Positions 32,453 through 41,285 of a stretch of 62,542 nt of DNA are shown here, piece by piece. The notes beneath the pieces were generated by a model. It had not been told where the DNA came from. It made no database searches and saw only the letters and a list, made by a program, of their open reading frames with translations. The first letter of the stretch is position 1. The number at the start of each line of letters is the position of its first letter. Source of the DNA: an uncultured Bifidobacteriaceae bacterium (GTDB lineage Bacteria; Verrucomicrobiota; Verrucomicrobiia; Limisphaerales; UBA11358); the NCBI GenBank assembly GCA_964413165.1, contig CAYPSF010000004.1, positions 1 through 62,542 of the forward strand. The letters are read 5' to 3'. The position numbers and the translations under genes were made by a program.

Positions 32453-32937
32453 GCATGCTCCTCATCGTCTTCCTCGTGCTCAAATTCCTCCTGCTCCGCT
32501 GGGCTGAGGGTAACCTTTTCCTTGCGACGCACCGCCGACCAAAACGTAAGCCAACCATAAAGCACGAGCGGCACACCAACTCCAAAACTGCTCAGTCCAA
32601 CCACAAAGCTCGGTCCGCTGTATTCTTTCTGTCGCTCTACGAATACGTTGTAGAGCACCCATCCGATGATTGCGACTCCGGCCACGAGACACACCAGGCC
32701 AAAAAACGCAAGCGGCCCACCGAACAGCAGATTGAAGATTCGGCTGAATAACGTTGTGCCATCATTTGTGTGATAAAAGTCGATCAGCTTCAATATCCCG
32801 AGCGGAACAAGAAGGAAAATGTAGACAATGCCCAACACCGCACCCACCGTCTGATTGGCAAGTTCGCCCGCCACGATTGGCACACCCAGATAAACCAGCA
32901 AGTAAACAGCTGCCCGAATTGATGTCTTCAAGTTCAT
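32407..32937 (-). CDS. Hypothetical membrane protein (cassette gene)
   Basis: About four hydrophobic segments, with a tail (KKPPQRTA) read through the attC-like site. Confidence 0.7.
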   Translation of the reverse strand: MNLKTSIRAAVYLLVYLGVPIVAGELANQTVGAVLGIVYIFLLVPLGILKLIDFYHTNDGTTLFSRIFNLLFGGPLAFFGLVCLVAGVAIIGWVLYNVFVERQKEYSGPSFVVGLSSFGVGVPLVLYGWLTFWSAVRRKEKVTLSPAEQEEFEHEEDDEEHAAKKPPQRTADKFCD

Positions 32938-32951
32938 CGCCAGAAAGTGTC

Positions 32952-33083
32952 ATCTAACCTTCAGATCTCAGGTGCACGGGAACTGTCCTGTCCTGCTGCA
33001 TAACTTCGGCAACGCAGGAAGCCGCCATCCCACGTTGCCCGCTGGTAACTTGAAAAGCAGATGATCTGCTGGATTTGTTAGCC
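32952..33083 (-). mobile_element. attC-like site, 132 bp
   Basis: Minus strand GGCTAAC (holds the upstream stop) ... CAGATC/GATCTG stem ... GTTAGAT core, 14 nt before the next ATG. Confidence 0.6.
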
Positions 33084-33317
33084 CACATGGCTCTCATCCT
33101 GTTTCAATCTCTCATCTTTTCGCTTTTGCCGCTTGCTCATAAAAAACTGAAAGGTTGCTCTGAAAATCACCGCCAGGACAATTACAACAAACATCATCCC
33201 CACGCCGCCACCAGTAGTTTTCGGCGTCCGAAAGATCAGGTTGGTGACAATGCCAGCCAGGATGATGCAAATTAGAAACACCCCCGAACTAGACCACCAT
33301 ATGGGACGATGTGTCAT
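33078..33317 (-). CDS. Small two-helix membrane protein (cassette gene)
   Basis: Two hydrophobic segments, with the stop inside GGCTAAC. Confidence 0.6.
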   Translation of the reverse strand: MTHRPIWWSSSGVFLICIILAGIVTNLIFRTPKTTGGGVGMMFVVIVLAVIFRATFQFFMSKRQKRKDERLKQDESHVG

Positions 33318-33346
33318 GCTTGCGTGTGAGATCAGGCGTGCATTTG

Positions 33347-33655
33347 TCAGACGGCAACTTTATGAGCGGGGCTCTTCCTTTCAAGAATAATACCACCGAT
33401 CCCGAAAACAAAAATCGCGGCGCTGCCACAGGCGACCACAATCCAACCCTTGCCTTTTCTGGCAATGCGATCAAGCCCCGCCTGGTGTGCCTGCTTTACG
33501 GCAGGCGTGTCCATCTCTGCCAGCATTCGCCGAACGTCTTCGACTTTGGCGAGAAACTCCTTCTCCTGGCGAATCTCGATAATAGAAAGTCCAAGTAGCA
33601 GTAAGGCCAGAACAGTGATGATGATGTATAGAATGCGCATAGTCACCTGACTCAT
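33347..33655 (-). CDS. Hypothetical two-helix membrane protein
   Basis: Hydrophobic termini around a charged helical loop. Same orientation as the neighbouring cassette genes. Confidence 0.6.
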   Translation of the reverse strand: MSQVTMRILYIIITVLALLLLGLSIIEIRQEKEFLAKVEDVRRMLAEMDTPAVKQAHQAGLDRIARKGKGWIVVACGSAAIFVFGIGGIILERKSPAHKVAV

Positions 33656-33749
33656 AGTGGGTTGACCATTTGCGGCCCGGCGCCGTTACATTACGAAGGT
33701 AGATTATCGTTGTAAACTGCATTTGTCCAGCTTACTCAGCCCGGGGTAG

Positions 33750-33826
33750 TCCTGATTTGATGCAGCATTGAGCCTCCGGCTCAACTATCGAGCCAGAGGC
33801 TCGACTTTACAGCAGGCAAATCAGGA
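33750..33826. repeat. REP doublet (REPIN-like) hairpin
   Basis: Inverted copies of TGYA-x-x-RTYGAGCCTCYGGCTC (33761-33782 and 33790-33811), flanked by TCCTGATTTG / CAAATCAGGA. Confidence 0.7.
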
Positions 33827-34002
33827 CAGCAGCCAGCCCGGATGCCTGCCGTCATGTGGCTTTGCGCGGTGTCAATCCGTGGCTAAAGATTGAGAGTTCG
33901 CAGAGATCGCCCCTCCGATTCCTCATCGGGGCTGGCTGAAGCCGGGACACCGAACGGGCGGGTCTTGCCAGTCGGCGGGGGTTTCCCGTAACGTCTGGCA
34001 CC

Positions 34003-35472
34003 ATGAACCTGGCCGCGGCGTTTGCCGCTTCGGTGCAAAAGCAGCCGGACAAGATCGCCCTGTACTGGGGCGACAGCGAATTCTCTTACTCCACGCTGTT
34101 CGCCCAATCCGAGGCTGTGGCCGCGGCGTTGACCGGCAAATACGGCGTGAAGCCCGGCGATCGGGTCGGGCTCTGGCTCAAAAATCGGCCGGAATTCGTC
34201 CCGGCGGTTTTCGGGGTCCTCGGCGCCGACGCCGTGCTCGTGCCCATCAATAATTTTCTCAAGCCGGACGAAGTAAATTACATCCTGAAGGATGCCGGCA
34301 TCGACGTGCTCATCACCGACGAAGAACTGGCCGTCCACGCCCCCGCGTTGATCGAGGCAAGGCCGCAGCTTAAAATCTTCAGAGTCGAAGACTTTCAGGC
34401 AGACAATCCTGAAATCGTAAATTGCGAGCGAAGCGAGCAGGACCTGGCAGTCATCATCTACACGTCCGGCACGACGGGCCGGCCGAAGGGGGCGATGCTG
34501 TCGCATGGCAACCTGCTGCACAACGTGGAGAGCTGCCGGATTGTACTGGAGACAGTGCGCGAGGACCGCATGGCGGTGTTGCTGCCGTTGTTCCACAGTT
34601 ACATGCTGACGGTGGGGATTTTCCTGCCGCTGATCATCGGCGGGACGATAGTGCTGGTGAAGTCGCTGAACCAGCCCCGGCAGATTTTGCAGGAAATGTG
34701 TGCGCGCCAGGCGACCATCCTGCCGGCCATCCCGCCATTTTACCGCACACTGGCCGGTTTGCCCGCATCCATCAAATTACCGTTTCGCCTTTGCATCAGC
34801 GGTTCGGCCCCGTTGCCGGTGCAGGTGTTGCAGGATTTTGAAGCGAAATTCGGCATCCCGCTGTTGGAAGGATACGGGTTGAGCGAGGCCAGCCCGGTGG
34901 TATCCAAGAACCCGATTCATGGCGTGCGCAAGCCGGGTTCGATTGGCCGGCCAATTCCGAACGTGGAGTTGAGCGCGCAGGATGAAGCGGGCAAAATCCT
35001 TGGGGTGGGTGAGATTGGCGAGCTTTGTGTGCGGGGTGGCAACGTGATGCAGGGCTATTGGAACCATCCGGAAGAAACGGCGCAGGCGCTGCGCAACGGC
35101 TGGTTGCTGACCGGCGACATCGGTTATCACGATGCAGACGGTTATTTTTACATCACGGACCGCAAAAAAGACATGTTGCTCGTGAATGGAATCAACGTCT
35201 ATCCGAGGGAGATCGAGGAGGTGATCTACCAGTATCCCGGGGTAAAGGAAGCGGCGGTGATTGGGGTGCCTGACGCGCGCAAAGGGGAGCTACCGGTGGC
35301 ATTTGTGGCGATGGAAGGGCCAAATCCCGAGGAAAAAGCCCTGTTGCAACATCTTCGTAACAAGCTGGCCGACTATAAAGTGCCCAAAAAGGTGGTTTTC
35401 AGGCCGGCTTTGCCTCGAAATGCCGCGGGTAAAATCCTCAAAACCACCCTCCGCCAACAGGACTTGGACTGA
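34003..35472 (+). CDS. fadD: Long-chain fatty acid-CoA ligase
   Basis: IYTSGTTGRPKGAMLSH, EGYGLSEASP, WLLTGDIG, DRKKDML, AAGKILK. The substrate is not determinable from sequence alone. Confidence 0.85.
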   Translation: MNLAAAFAASVQKQPDKIALYWGDSEFSYSTLFAQSEAVAAALTGKYGVKPGDRVGLWLKNRPEFVPAVFGVLGADAVLVPINNFLKPDEVNYILKDAGIDVLITDEELAVHAPALIEARPQLKIFRVEDFQADNPEIVNCERSEQDLAVIIYTSGTTGRPKGAMLSHGNLLHNVESCRIVLETVREDRMAVLLPLFHSYMLTVGIFLPLIIGGTIVLVKSLNQPRQILQEMCARQATILPAIPPFYRTLAGLPASIKLPFRLCISGSAPLPVQVLQDFEAKFGIPLLEGYGLSEASPVVSKNPIHGVRKPGSIGRPIPNVELSAQDEAGKILGVGEIGELCVRGGNVMQGYWNHPEETAQALRNGWLLTGDIGYHDADGYFYITDRKKDMLLVNGINVYPREIEEVIYQYPGVKEAAVIGVPDARKGELPVAFVAMEGPNPEEKALLQHLRNKLADYKVPKKVVFRPALPRNAAGKILKTTLRQQDLD

Positions 35473-35533
35473 GACTGGCATAAATTACAAACTATTTGTT
35501 TTCAACAAGTTGTATTGATTCGGCCTTTCCCAG

Positions 35534-35563
35534 TTGACGTGGCCAGACAGCCACCCTTAAGCT
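35534..35563 (+). promoter_or_regulatory. Sigma70-type promoter
   Basis: TTGACG-N18-TAAGCT upstream of the zinc-ribbon/ndk genes. Confidence 0.55.
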
Positions 35564-35606
35564 TATAGACCGTCCGGCGCATGAAGCGCAGGGCGGTATA
35601 GATTTT

Positions 35607-35795
35607 ATGGCCGAAGGATATTGCGTTAAGTGCAAAGCCAAGAAAGAAATCGCCAACGGCGTCGAAGAGACGATGAAAAACGGGCGCAAGGCGATCAAGG
35701 GCAAATGCCCGACCTGTGGCACGGTCATGTTCAAAATTTTAGGTGGCAAAGCCGCTGTCGGCGCAACGCCGGTCAATCCGCCGACCACCAGCTAA
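35607..35795 (+). CDS. Small zinc-ribbon protein (DUF5679-like)
   Basis: YCVKCK...MKNGRKAIKGKCPTCGTVMFKI. Confidence 0.8.
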   Translation: MAEGYCVKCKAKKEIANGVEETMKNGRKAIKGKCPTCGTVMFKILGGKAAVGATPVNPPTTS

Positions 35796-35799
35796 AATT

Positions 35800-36972
35800 A
35801 TGGCTCAACAACTCGCTTATGTCATCATCACGCCCCATTCCCTGTATAAATCACGCACGGGGGGCATCCTAAGCCGGCTGATTTCGCGGACGGGTCTGGA
35901 CCTGGCGGCGGCGCGCATGTTCGCTCCCAGCATCGAGCTGGTGAAGGAATATTCCGAGACCATTGTTTCCGCCCGGGACCCGCAGGACCGGCGCATTCAG
36001 GAATTGCTTCAGCAGTATGTCCTCCAGAAATTCTCGCCCGACCCCAAGACCGGGCGTCGGCGGCGGGTCATGACGTTGCTGTTCCGCGGCGAGGATGCCG
36101 TGCGCAAGGTCCGTTCGGTGGTCGGCAATCTCACCCCGGAGCGGCGCGTGGGGGAAACGATCCGCGACACTTATGGTGACTTGGTGGTGGAAGACGACGG
36201 CCAGGTCCGCTATTTTGAACCAGCGGTGCTGGCAGCGCCAAACATGGAGGAGGCGGACGCCAAAATCAAACTGTGGGCGCGTCATTCCGACCAGGACGGT
36301 GGCGTGTTGGAAAACGTCATCGCCTATCCTCCCGGCGAAACCGGCGAACGGACGCTGGTGCTCATCAAGCCTGACAACTTCCGTTTCGCCACCGGACGGC
36401 CCGGCAACGTCATCGACTTTTTTTCGCGCACCGGCCTGTTTATCGTCGGCATCAAGGTGCACCGCATGAGCGTGGCCCAGGCGATGGAATTTTACGGTCC
36501 CGTGCGCGAGGTGCTTCGCACCAAGCTCAAAGACATGGTGGGGGCCAAGGCCAAGACGGTGCTGGAAAAGGAATTCGGCTTCAAAATCCCCGCGGCCGAG
36601 GAAAAGCAACTGGGCGACGTTCTCGGCCCGACCTTCGGCGACAATCAATTCGAGAACATCGTCCGTTTCATGTCGGGCCATGCGCCGTCGGAATTGCCGC
36701 AGGAGGAATGGACCCGGTCCGGCACGGAAAAGTGCATTGCGCTGGCCTATGAAGGCGTTAATGCCGTCGCCAAAATCCGCGATGTGCTGGGGCCGACTGA
36801 TCCATCCAAGGCGCCGCCCGGGTCAATCCGGCGCGAATTCGGCTCGACCATCATGGTGAATGCTGCGCACGCCAGCGACTCGTCCGAGAACGCCCACCGT
36901 GAAATGGGCATTGTCAAGGTGGGCGAAAACAACTTCCGTCAGATCATTGAAGAGGTTTACGGGAAGGTGTGA
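35800..36972 (+). CDS. ndk: Nucleoside-diphosphate kinase with two tandem NDK domains
   Basis: The C-terminal domain has TLVLIKPD, GPTDP..APPGSIRREFG and NAAHASDS. The N-terminal domain is homologous but lacks the catalytic His. Confidence 0.85.
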   Translation: MAQQLAYVIITPHSLYKSRTGGILSRLISRTGLDLAAARMFAPSIELVKEYSETIVSARDPQDRRIQELLQQYVLQKFSPDPKTGRRRRVMTLLFRGEDAVRKVRSVVGNLTPERRVGETIRDTYGDLVVEDDGQVRYFEPAVLAAPNMEEADAKIKLWARHSDQDGGVLENVIAYPPGETGERTLVLIKPDNFRFATGRPGNVIDFFSRTGLFIVGIKVHRMSVAQAMEFYGPVREVLRTKLKDMVGAKAKTVLEKEFGFKIPAAEEKQLGDVLGPTFGDNQFENIVRFMSGHAPSELPQEEWTRSGTEKCIALAYEGVNAVAKIRDVLGPTDPSKAPPGSIRREFGSTIMVNAAHASDSSENAHREMGIVKVGENNFRQIIEEVYGKV

Positions 36973-37020
36973 GAATTCTGGTGGCGCGGAAGAAGGCCCG
37001 CTTCCGTTTGCGCTCTTGTT

Positions 37021-37105
37021 CTGCCGCCCCTGCCGGGGCTTTAGTTCGCTCTCCTTTTAACTCACGGCGACGCCGTGGGCTACTTTGTTTCGCCGCTCCG
37101 CGGCT
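37021..37105. repeat. Palindromic intergenic element (GCCGTGGGCTAC type)
   Basis: GCCCCTGCCGGGGC, CTCACGGCGACGCCGTGGG and CGCCGCTCCGCGGC hairpins between convergent genes. Confidence 0.6.
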
Positions 37106-37117
37106 GCCGCTTCAATC

Positions 37118-37519
37118 TCAGGCCCACAATGCCGGCGAATTTTGCAGCTTTTGCAGCAACCGCGCGTCCGCGGCGGGAAATTCGTAATCGGCCAGTTCCG
37201 GTCCGGCCACCCATTGCAGGGCCTCGCAGCCGAGCGGTCGCGGCTCGCCGGCGGGCAATCGACAGATGAAGAACTCCAGGCGGACGGTCTTCTCCGGGTA
37301 GGCGTGGGTAATGGATTCAAACCGGCCGCCAACGGCGATGGCCACGCCGAGTTCCTCGTGGATTTCGCGGACGAGGCATTGTTCGAAGGTTTCGTGCGGC
37401 TCACGCTTGCCGCCCGGAAATTCCCACAGTCCGCCGAGATGCGCCCGGGCTTGGCGCCGGGTGATCAGCAGTTTGCCGTCCCGGAAAATCAAAGCTGCAG
37501 CGACATCGATGGTTTGCAT
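37118..37519 (-). CDS. mutT: 8-oxo-dGTP diphosphatase
   Basis: HLGGLWEFPGGKREPHETFEQCLVREIHEELG Nudix box, HAYPEKTVRL, FPAAD. Confidence 0.9.
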   Translation of the reverse strand: MQTIDVAAALIFRDGKLLITRRQARAHLGGLWEFPGGKREPHETFEQCLVREIHEELGVAIAVGGRFESITHAYPEKTVRLEFFICRLPAGEPRPLGCEALQWVAGPELADYEFPAADARLLQKLQNSPALWA

Positions 37520-37523
37520 CGCA

Positions 37524-37612
37524 GTTAAATTGCTGAACCGTTACATCGTTGAACCGGCCCGGACAGCGTTGAATTTTCACGGTTAAACGAATACACCGTT
37601 CAACGGTTCAAC
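37524..37612. repeat. Octamer-array inverted repeat, copy 3
   Basis: GTTAAATT GCTGAACC GTTACATC GTTGAACC ... GGTTAAAC GAATACAC CGTTCAAC GGTTCAAC. Contains the ugd stop. Confidence 0.85.
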
Positions 37613-38897
37613 GACCAACGCTCTTGTAAACCCAGCCAAGCCGTTTCATTTCCGCGGGGTCGAACAGGTTGCGGCCATCGAACATGATGGGATGGGAGAG
37701 TGATTTGCGAGCGCGTTCGAGATCGAGCTTTTTGAACTCGTCCCACTCGGTGGCCACGACCAGCGCGTCACAACCCTCGGCCACGGCGTTCATATCGTCC
37801 ACGTAGGTCACATTCATGAGCACGGCTTTGGCCTTGTCGATGGCTTTGGGATCGTGCACGCGCAGGGCCGCGCCCTCCTTTTGCAGGCGCTGGCAAAGGT
37901 CAATGGCCGGGGACATCCGGACGTCGTCGGTGTTTTGTTTGAAGGCGAGGCCGAGCACGCCGATGGTTTTATCCTTGAGCACCCAGAGGGTGTCGGTGAT
38001 TTTTTTGACAAAGCGCTCCATTTGCTCCGCATTGATGTGCTGGACTTCGCGGAGCAGGCGGAAATCGTAGCCGTTTTGCTCGGCAATTTTGATGAAGGCG
38101 CTGAGGTCTTTGGGAAAACAGCTGCCGCCGAAGCCGATGCCCGCGTTCAAGAAGCGGCGGCCGATGCGTTCGTCCAGGCCCACGCCGGCGGCGACTTCCT
38201 GGACATTGGCCCCGGTGGCCTCACAAATGGCGGCGATGGCGTTGATGTAGGAGATCTTGAGGGCGAGGAAGGAATTCGAGGCGTGCTTGATGAGCTCGGC
38301 GGAACTGATGTCGGTGACCACAATCGGCGCGTTAAATGGCGCGTAGACCTCCTTCATGGCGGCAATGGGCCGCTCGGAGCGAACCCCAATGACCACGCGG
38401 TCGGGTTTCATCAAATCGCCGACGGCGAAGCCTTCGCGCAGAAACTCGGGGTTGCTGACCACATCGCAGTCCACCTTGGCCGGGCAATAGCGTTTGATGG
38501 TTTCGGCGACTTTTTCGCCGGTCCGGACGGGCACGGTGCTTTTGTCCACGACAATTTTATAAGTGGTCATGGCAGCGGCGATATCGCGGGCGACCCGTTC
38601 GATGAAGCTCAAATCCACCGAACCGTCGGCCTGGGGCGGCGTGGGCACGGCGATGAAGATCACCTCGGATTTCTGGACGCCCTCGGCGGTGCTGCTGGTG
38701 AAGGCCAGCCGGCCGGCGGCGACATTCTTTTTCACCAATTCCTCGAGCCCCGGCTCATAGATCGGTATGCCGCCCGACTGGAGCAGCTTGACCTTGGCCG
38801 TGTCGTTATCCACGCACAGGACCTGGTGGCCGACTTCGGCGAAGCAGGCGCCGGTGACCAGTCCAACGTAACCGGTACCGATAAGGGTGAGCTTCAT
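37608..38897 (-). CDS. ugd: UDP-glucose 6-dehydrogenase
   Basis: GTGYVG, KSTVP, SNPEFLREG, GFGGSCFPKD, GLAFKQNTDD. Confidence 0.95.
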   Translation of the reverse strand: MKLTLIGTGYVGLVTGACFAEVGHQVLCVDNDTAKVKLLQSGGIPIYEPGLEELVKKNVAAGRLAFTSSTAEGVQKSEVIFIAVPTPPQADGSVDLSFIERVARDIAAAMTTYKIVVDKSTVPVRTGEKVAETIKRYCPAKVDCDVVSNPEFLREGFAVGDLMKPDRVVIGVRSERPIAAMKEVYAPFNAPIVVTDISSAELIKHASNSFLALKISYINAIAAICEATGANVQEVAAGVGLDERIGRRFLNAGIGFGGSCFPKDLSAFIKIAEQNGYDFRLLREVQHINAEQMERFVKKITDTLWVLKDKTIGVLGLAFKQNTDDVRMSPAIDLCQRLQKEGAALRVHDPKAIDKAKAVLMNVTYVDDMNAVAEGCDALVVATEWDEFKKLDLERARKSLSHPIMFDGRNLFDPAEMKRLGWVYKSVGR

Positions 38898-38900
38898 GGC

Positions 38901-39599
38901 TCAGGGGGTGGGCTTGAACGAAACCGCGGGCGTGGTGACGGTCGAAGCCGACGGTTGTTTTATTTTCAATTCCATGATGCGCAACCCGGCCTCCGCGGCG
39001 AGCGGGCTGTTGGGCATGGCGCGCATGATATCCTGATAAAGATTGATGGCGTCGGTTACTTTGCCCTGGCGTTCATTGATTTGAGCCATACCAAACCTGG
39101 CCATATTGACCGGCATCTCCTCGGTATAGGTGTTATAAATCCGCTGGTAAGTGCCGGCGGCCAGATCCGCCTTGCCCTGGGCGTCCTGGCTGGAGGCCAG
39201 CCCGAGTGAGGCCTGGGCGGCGAAGAAACTGCTCGGGTATTGATTGAGAAACTCCTGGAACTGCGTCTGGGCGTCGGCATAGTTTCCGGCCTCAAACAAC
39301 AGCGTGGCGCTTTGCAACAGGGCCCGTTCTCCGGCGGTCGTGTTGGGATAGTCCCGGGCAATTTTCAGGAACAGGCTGGCCTGCTGTCCGGGCCCGGCAC
39401 TGCGCTGGTCCGACAACATCAGTTGCGTCAACGCCTGGCCGGCGGTGATCTGCTTTTGATTCTGCTGCCAGGTGTAAAAGTAAATCACACCGGCGGCGAC
39501 AATGACGATGCCGCCGGCTGCCATCAGCCGGGTCTTGTTGGCTTCAAACCAGGGCCACAGTTTAAATAAAAAGGTCGCCGGTGCGTCTTGCAATTCCAT
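38901..39599 (-). CDS. Membrane-anchored tetratricopeptide-repeat protein (YfgM-like)
   Basis: N-terminal transmembrane helix, then helical repeats (GNYADAQTQFQEFLNQYP, GKVTDAINLYQDI). Confidence 0.8.
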   Translation of the reverse strand: MELQDAPATFLFKLWPWFEANKTRLMAAGGIVIVAAGVIYFYTWQQNQKQITAGQALTQLMLSDQRSAGPGQQASLFLKIARDYPNTTAGERALLQSATLLFEAGNYADAQTQFQEFLNQYPSSFFAAQASLGLASSQDAQGKADLAAGTYQRIYNTYTEEMPVNMARFGMAQINERQGKVTDAINLYQDIMRAMPNSPLAAEAGLRIMELKIKQPSASTVTTPAVSFKPTP

Positions 39600-39669
39600 A
39601 AAGAATCAACAGTTTTTCGTTCAAAGCCCCAAAAAACAAGCCTGAAATCAATCGAACTGAAGCATCAGG

Positions 39670-40491
39670 CTAAAACCCCCTCAAATTGGTGCTGGAACGC
39701 TGGGGCAAACCGGGGGCGGGGACGCGCTTGAGCACGAGGTATGCGATGCCGTTCTTTTCGCAATACTCGCGTTTGCCGCCCTTGTCGCCGTCCTCGTTCA
39801 CCGCATATATGTCCGGTTTCAGGCACCGGATTTCCGGATCGGCATCCAGCCAGCCGTCGCCGCTGGAAATCAGCGCCTGCTTGACGTATTTGATGGATCC
39901 GACGAGGTAGCGGCGTTCGGCCTGGGGCAGGAGGGGATGCCCCTCGCCTTTGAGCAACCGGATGTTGGCGTCGTGACCGACGACGACATAAAGGTCGCCA
40001 TAAGCGCTGATCTCCTCGAAAAAGCGCACGTGGCCGGAGTGAAACCAGTCGTAAGTACCGGTGGCGATCACCTTTTTTCGGCCGGGGACGGCGGGCAAGG
40101 GCGCCGGTTCGGGAAAACCCTTCAATTGATCCTCACCCAGCACGCAATATTCGAGGCCTTGCCGCCGACAAAACGCCTGCCGCGCTTCGTTGTCCGGACC
40201 GGCTTCATCCACCCACATTTGAGGTGGAGAATCATTCGCGGCCGGAAGTTCATCGCGAGTCACCGGGCCGGTAACGGGCAGGACCCGGCTGACGTAACGC
40301 ATGGCGCTGAGAAAGTAAAGACGTTCGGCTTCGGGAAATTTCGGCGGCTGACCGGTGAGCTCCCGAATCGTGCGATCCGGCCATAGCCGCACGGTCAGTG
40401 CGCCCAGCGTCGCGGCCGCTTCCAGGAAACGCACGTGCTGCGAGCGGAGATCATCGAACGCGCCGGTGACGACAACTTGGCGGGAATTCAT
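39670..40491 (-). CDS. Tandem-domain cytidylyl/adenylyltransferase family protein
   Basis: The C-terminal domain has GTYDWFHSGH (HxGH). The N-terminal domain has a degenerate GAFDDLRSQH. Confidence 0.8.
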   Translation of the reverse strand: MNSRQVVVTGAFDDLRSQHVRFLEAAATLGALTVRLWPDRTIRELTGQPPKFPEAERLYFLSAMRYVSRVLPVTGPVTRDELPAANDSPPQMWVDEAGPDNEARQAFCRRQGLEYCVLGEDQLKGFPEPAPLPAVPGRKKVIATGTYDWFHSGHVRFFEEISAYGDLYVVVGHDANIRLLKGEGHPLLPQAERRYLVGSIKYVKQALISSGDGWLDADPEIRCLKPDIYAVNEDGDKGGKREYCEKNGIAYLVLKRVPAPGLPQRSSTNLRGF

Positions 40492-41285
40492 CGGTGGGTG
40501 GTGCGAACAGTGACTTGAAATGACCCCGGGACTTTTTCCTTTGAGGCGACGAGCAGGTAGCCGCCGCCGCAGCCGGAGAACATCGCGCCGGGAAAATTAT
40601 TCTGGTAAACCTTCAACAGCGCCTTCAAGTCGCACTTGATGAGCGGGTGCTGGACGACGTGCGGCAGGAGTTTTTCCCAGCAAAGCATGGTTTGGTTGAG
40701 GGAGGTCCCCAACGCGTTTACGTCCATCTGCCGGATTGCGTCAAAACAATCCTTGCCGGTTTGGCCCAGCCGGAGGATCCACTTCGGGTCGAGATTTTTC
40801 CTGCCCAACGGACTGTAGCCATCCGGGCGCGGTTCGACCGGCAGCAGGTGCAGGATTTTTTCCAGCCAGCGAGCCGGTCGCATCCGGTCCAGAGTCTCGA
40901 TGTGTGACGGGAACACGCCGCCGTTGGCCGCGAAATCGTAATCCAAGCGGTTGATGCCCGGATAAACCAGGCCGATCATGTCCTGGGACCCGCTGGGTTC
41001 GGCCTTGCCATGGTTTTCGGCCTCGTAAAGTTCACGGACCAGTTCCTCCGGCGGGCGGGCGGGCAGGCGGCCCCGCCATAATTTTGTGGCTACGGCCCGC
41101 GTTCCGCTGGCGCAACCGGACCGGTCCATCACCCGAAAAGTCGGTTCCAGCGCCACGACAACCATGGAACCGGGTGGCCGGGGATTCAGCCGGGAGACGA
41201 AAGGCTGGTCAATCCAGCCACCCGCCAGTTGCAAGCGGTTGGGAATGGCACCGATGACCTCGGTGACCAACGGCGTTTTTTTCAT
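40488..41285 (-). CDS. GHMP-family sugar kinase-like protein
   Basis: PNRLQLAGGWID, GSQD and FSGCGGGYLL resemble HddA-type kinases. The ATP loop is atypical. Confidence 0.7.
   Translation of the reverse strand: MKKTPLVTEVIGAIPNRLQLAGGWIDQPFVSRLNPRPPGSMVVVALEPTFRVMDRSGCASGTRAVATKLWRGRLPARPPEELVRELYEAENHGKAEPSGSQDMIGLVYPGINRLDYDFAANGGVFPSHIETLDRMRPARWLEKILHLLPVEPRPDGYSPLGRKNLDPKWILRLGQTGKDCFDAIRQMDVNALGTSLNQTMLCWEKLLPHVVQHPLIKCDLKALLKVYQNNFPGAMFSGCGGGYLLVASKEKVPGSFQVTVRTTHR

Noticed and set aside
33750-33826. Fourth attC site
   Set aside because: Better explained as a doublet of the REP seen at 8567 and 17781. The core sites nearby (GCTGGAC) are too degenerate to call.
37854-39209. Long antisense ORFs (also 8918-10096, 10993-11988, 30094-31494, 56460-57836)
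   Set aside because: These are shadows of well-supported genes in GC-rich DNA and show no recognisable motifs.
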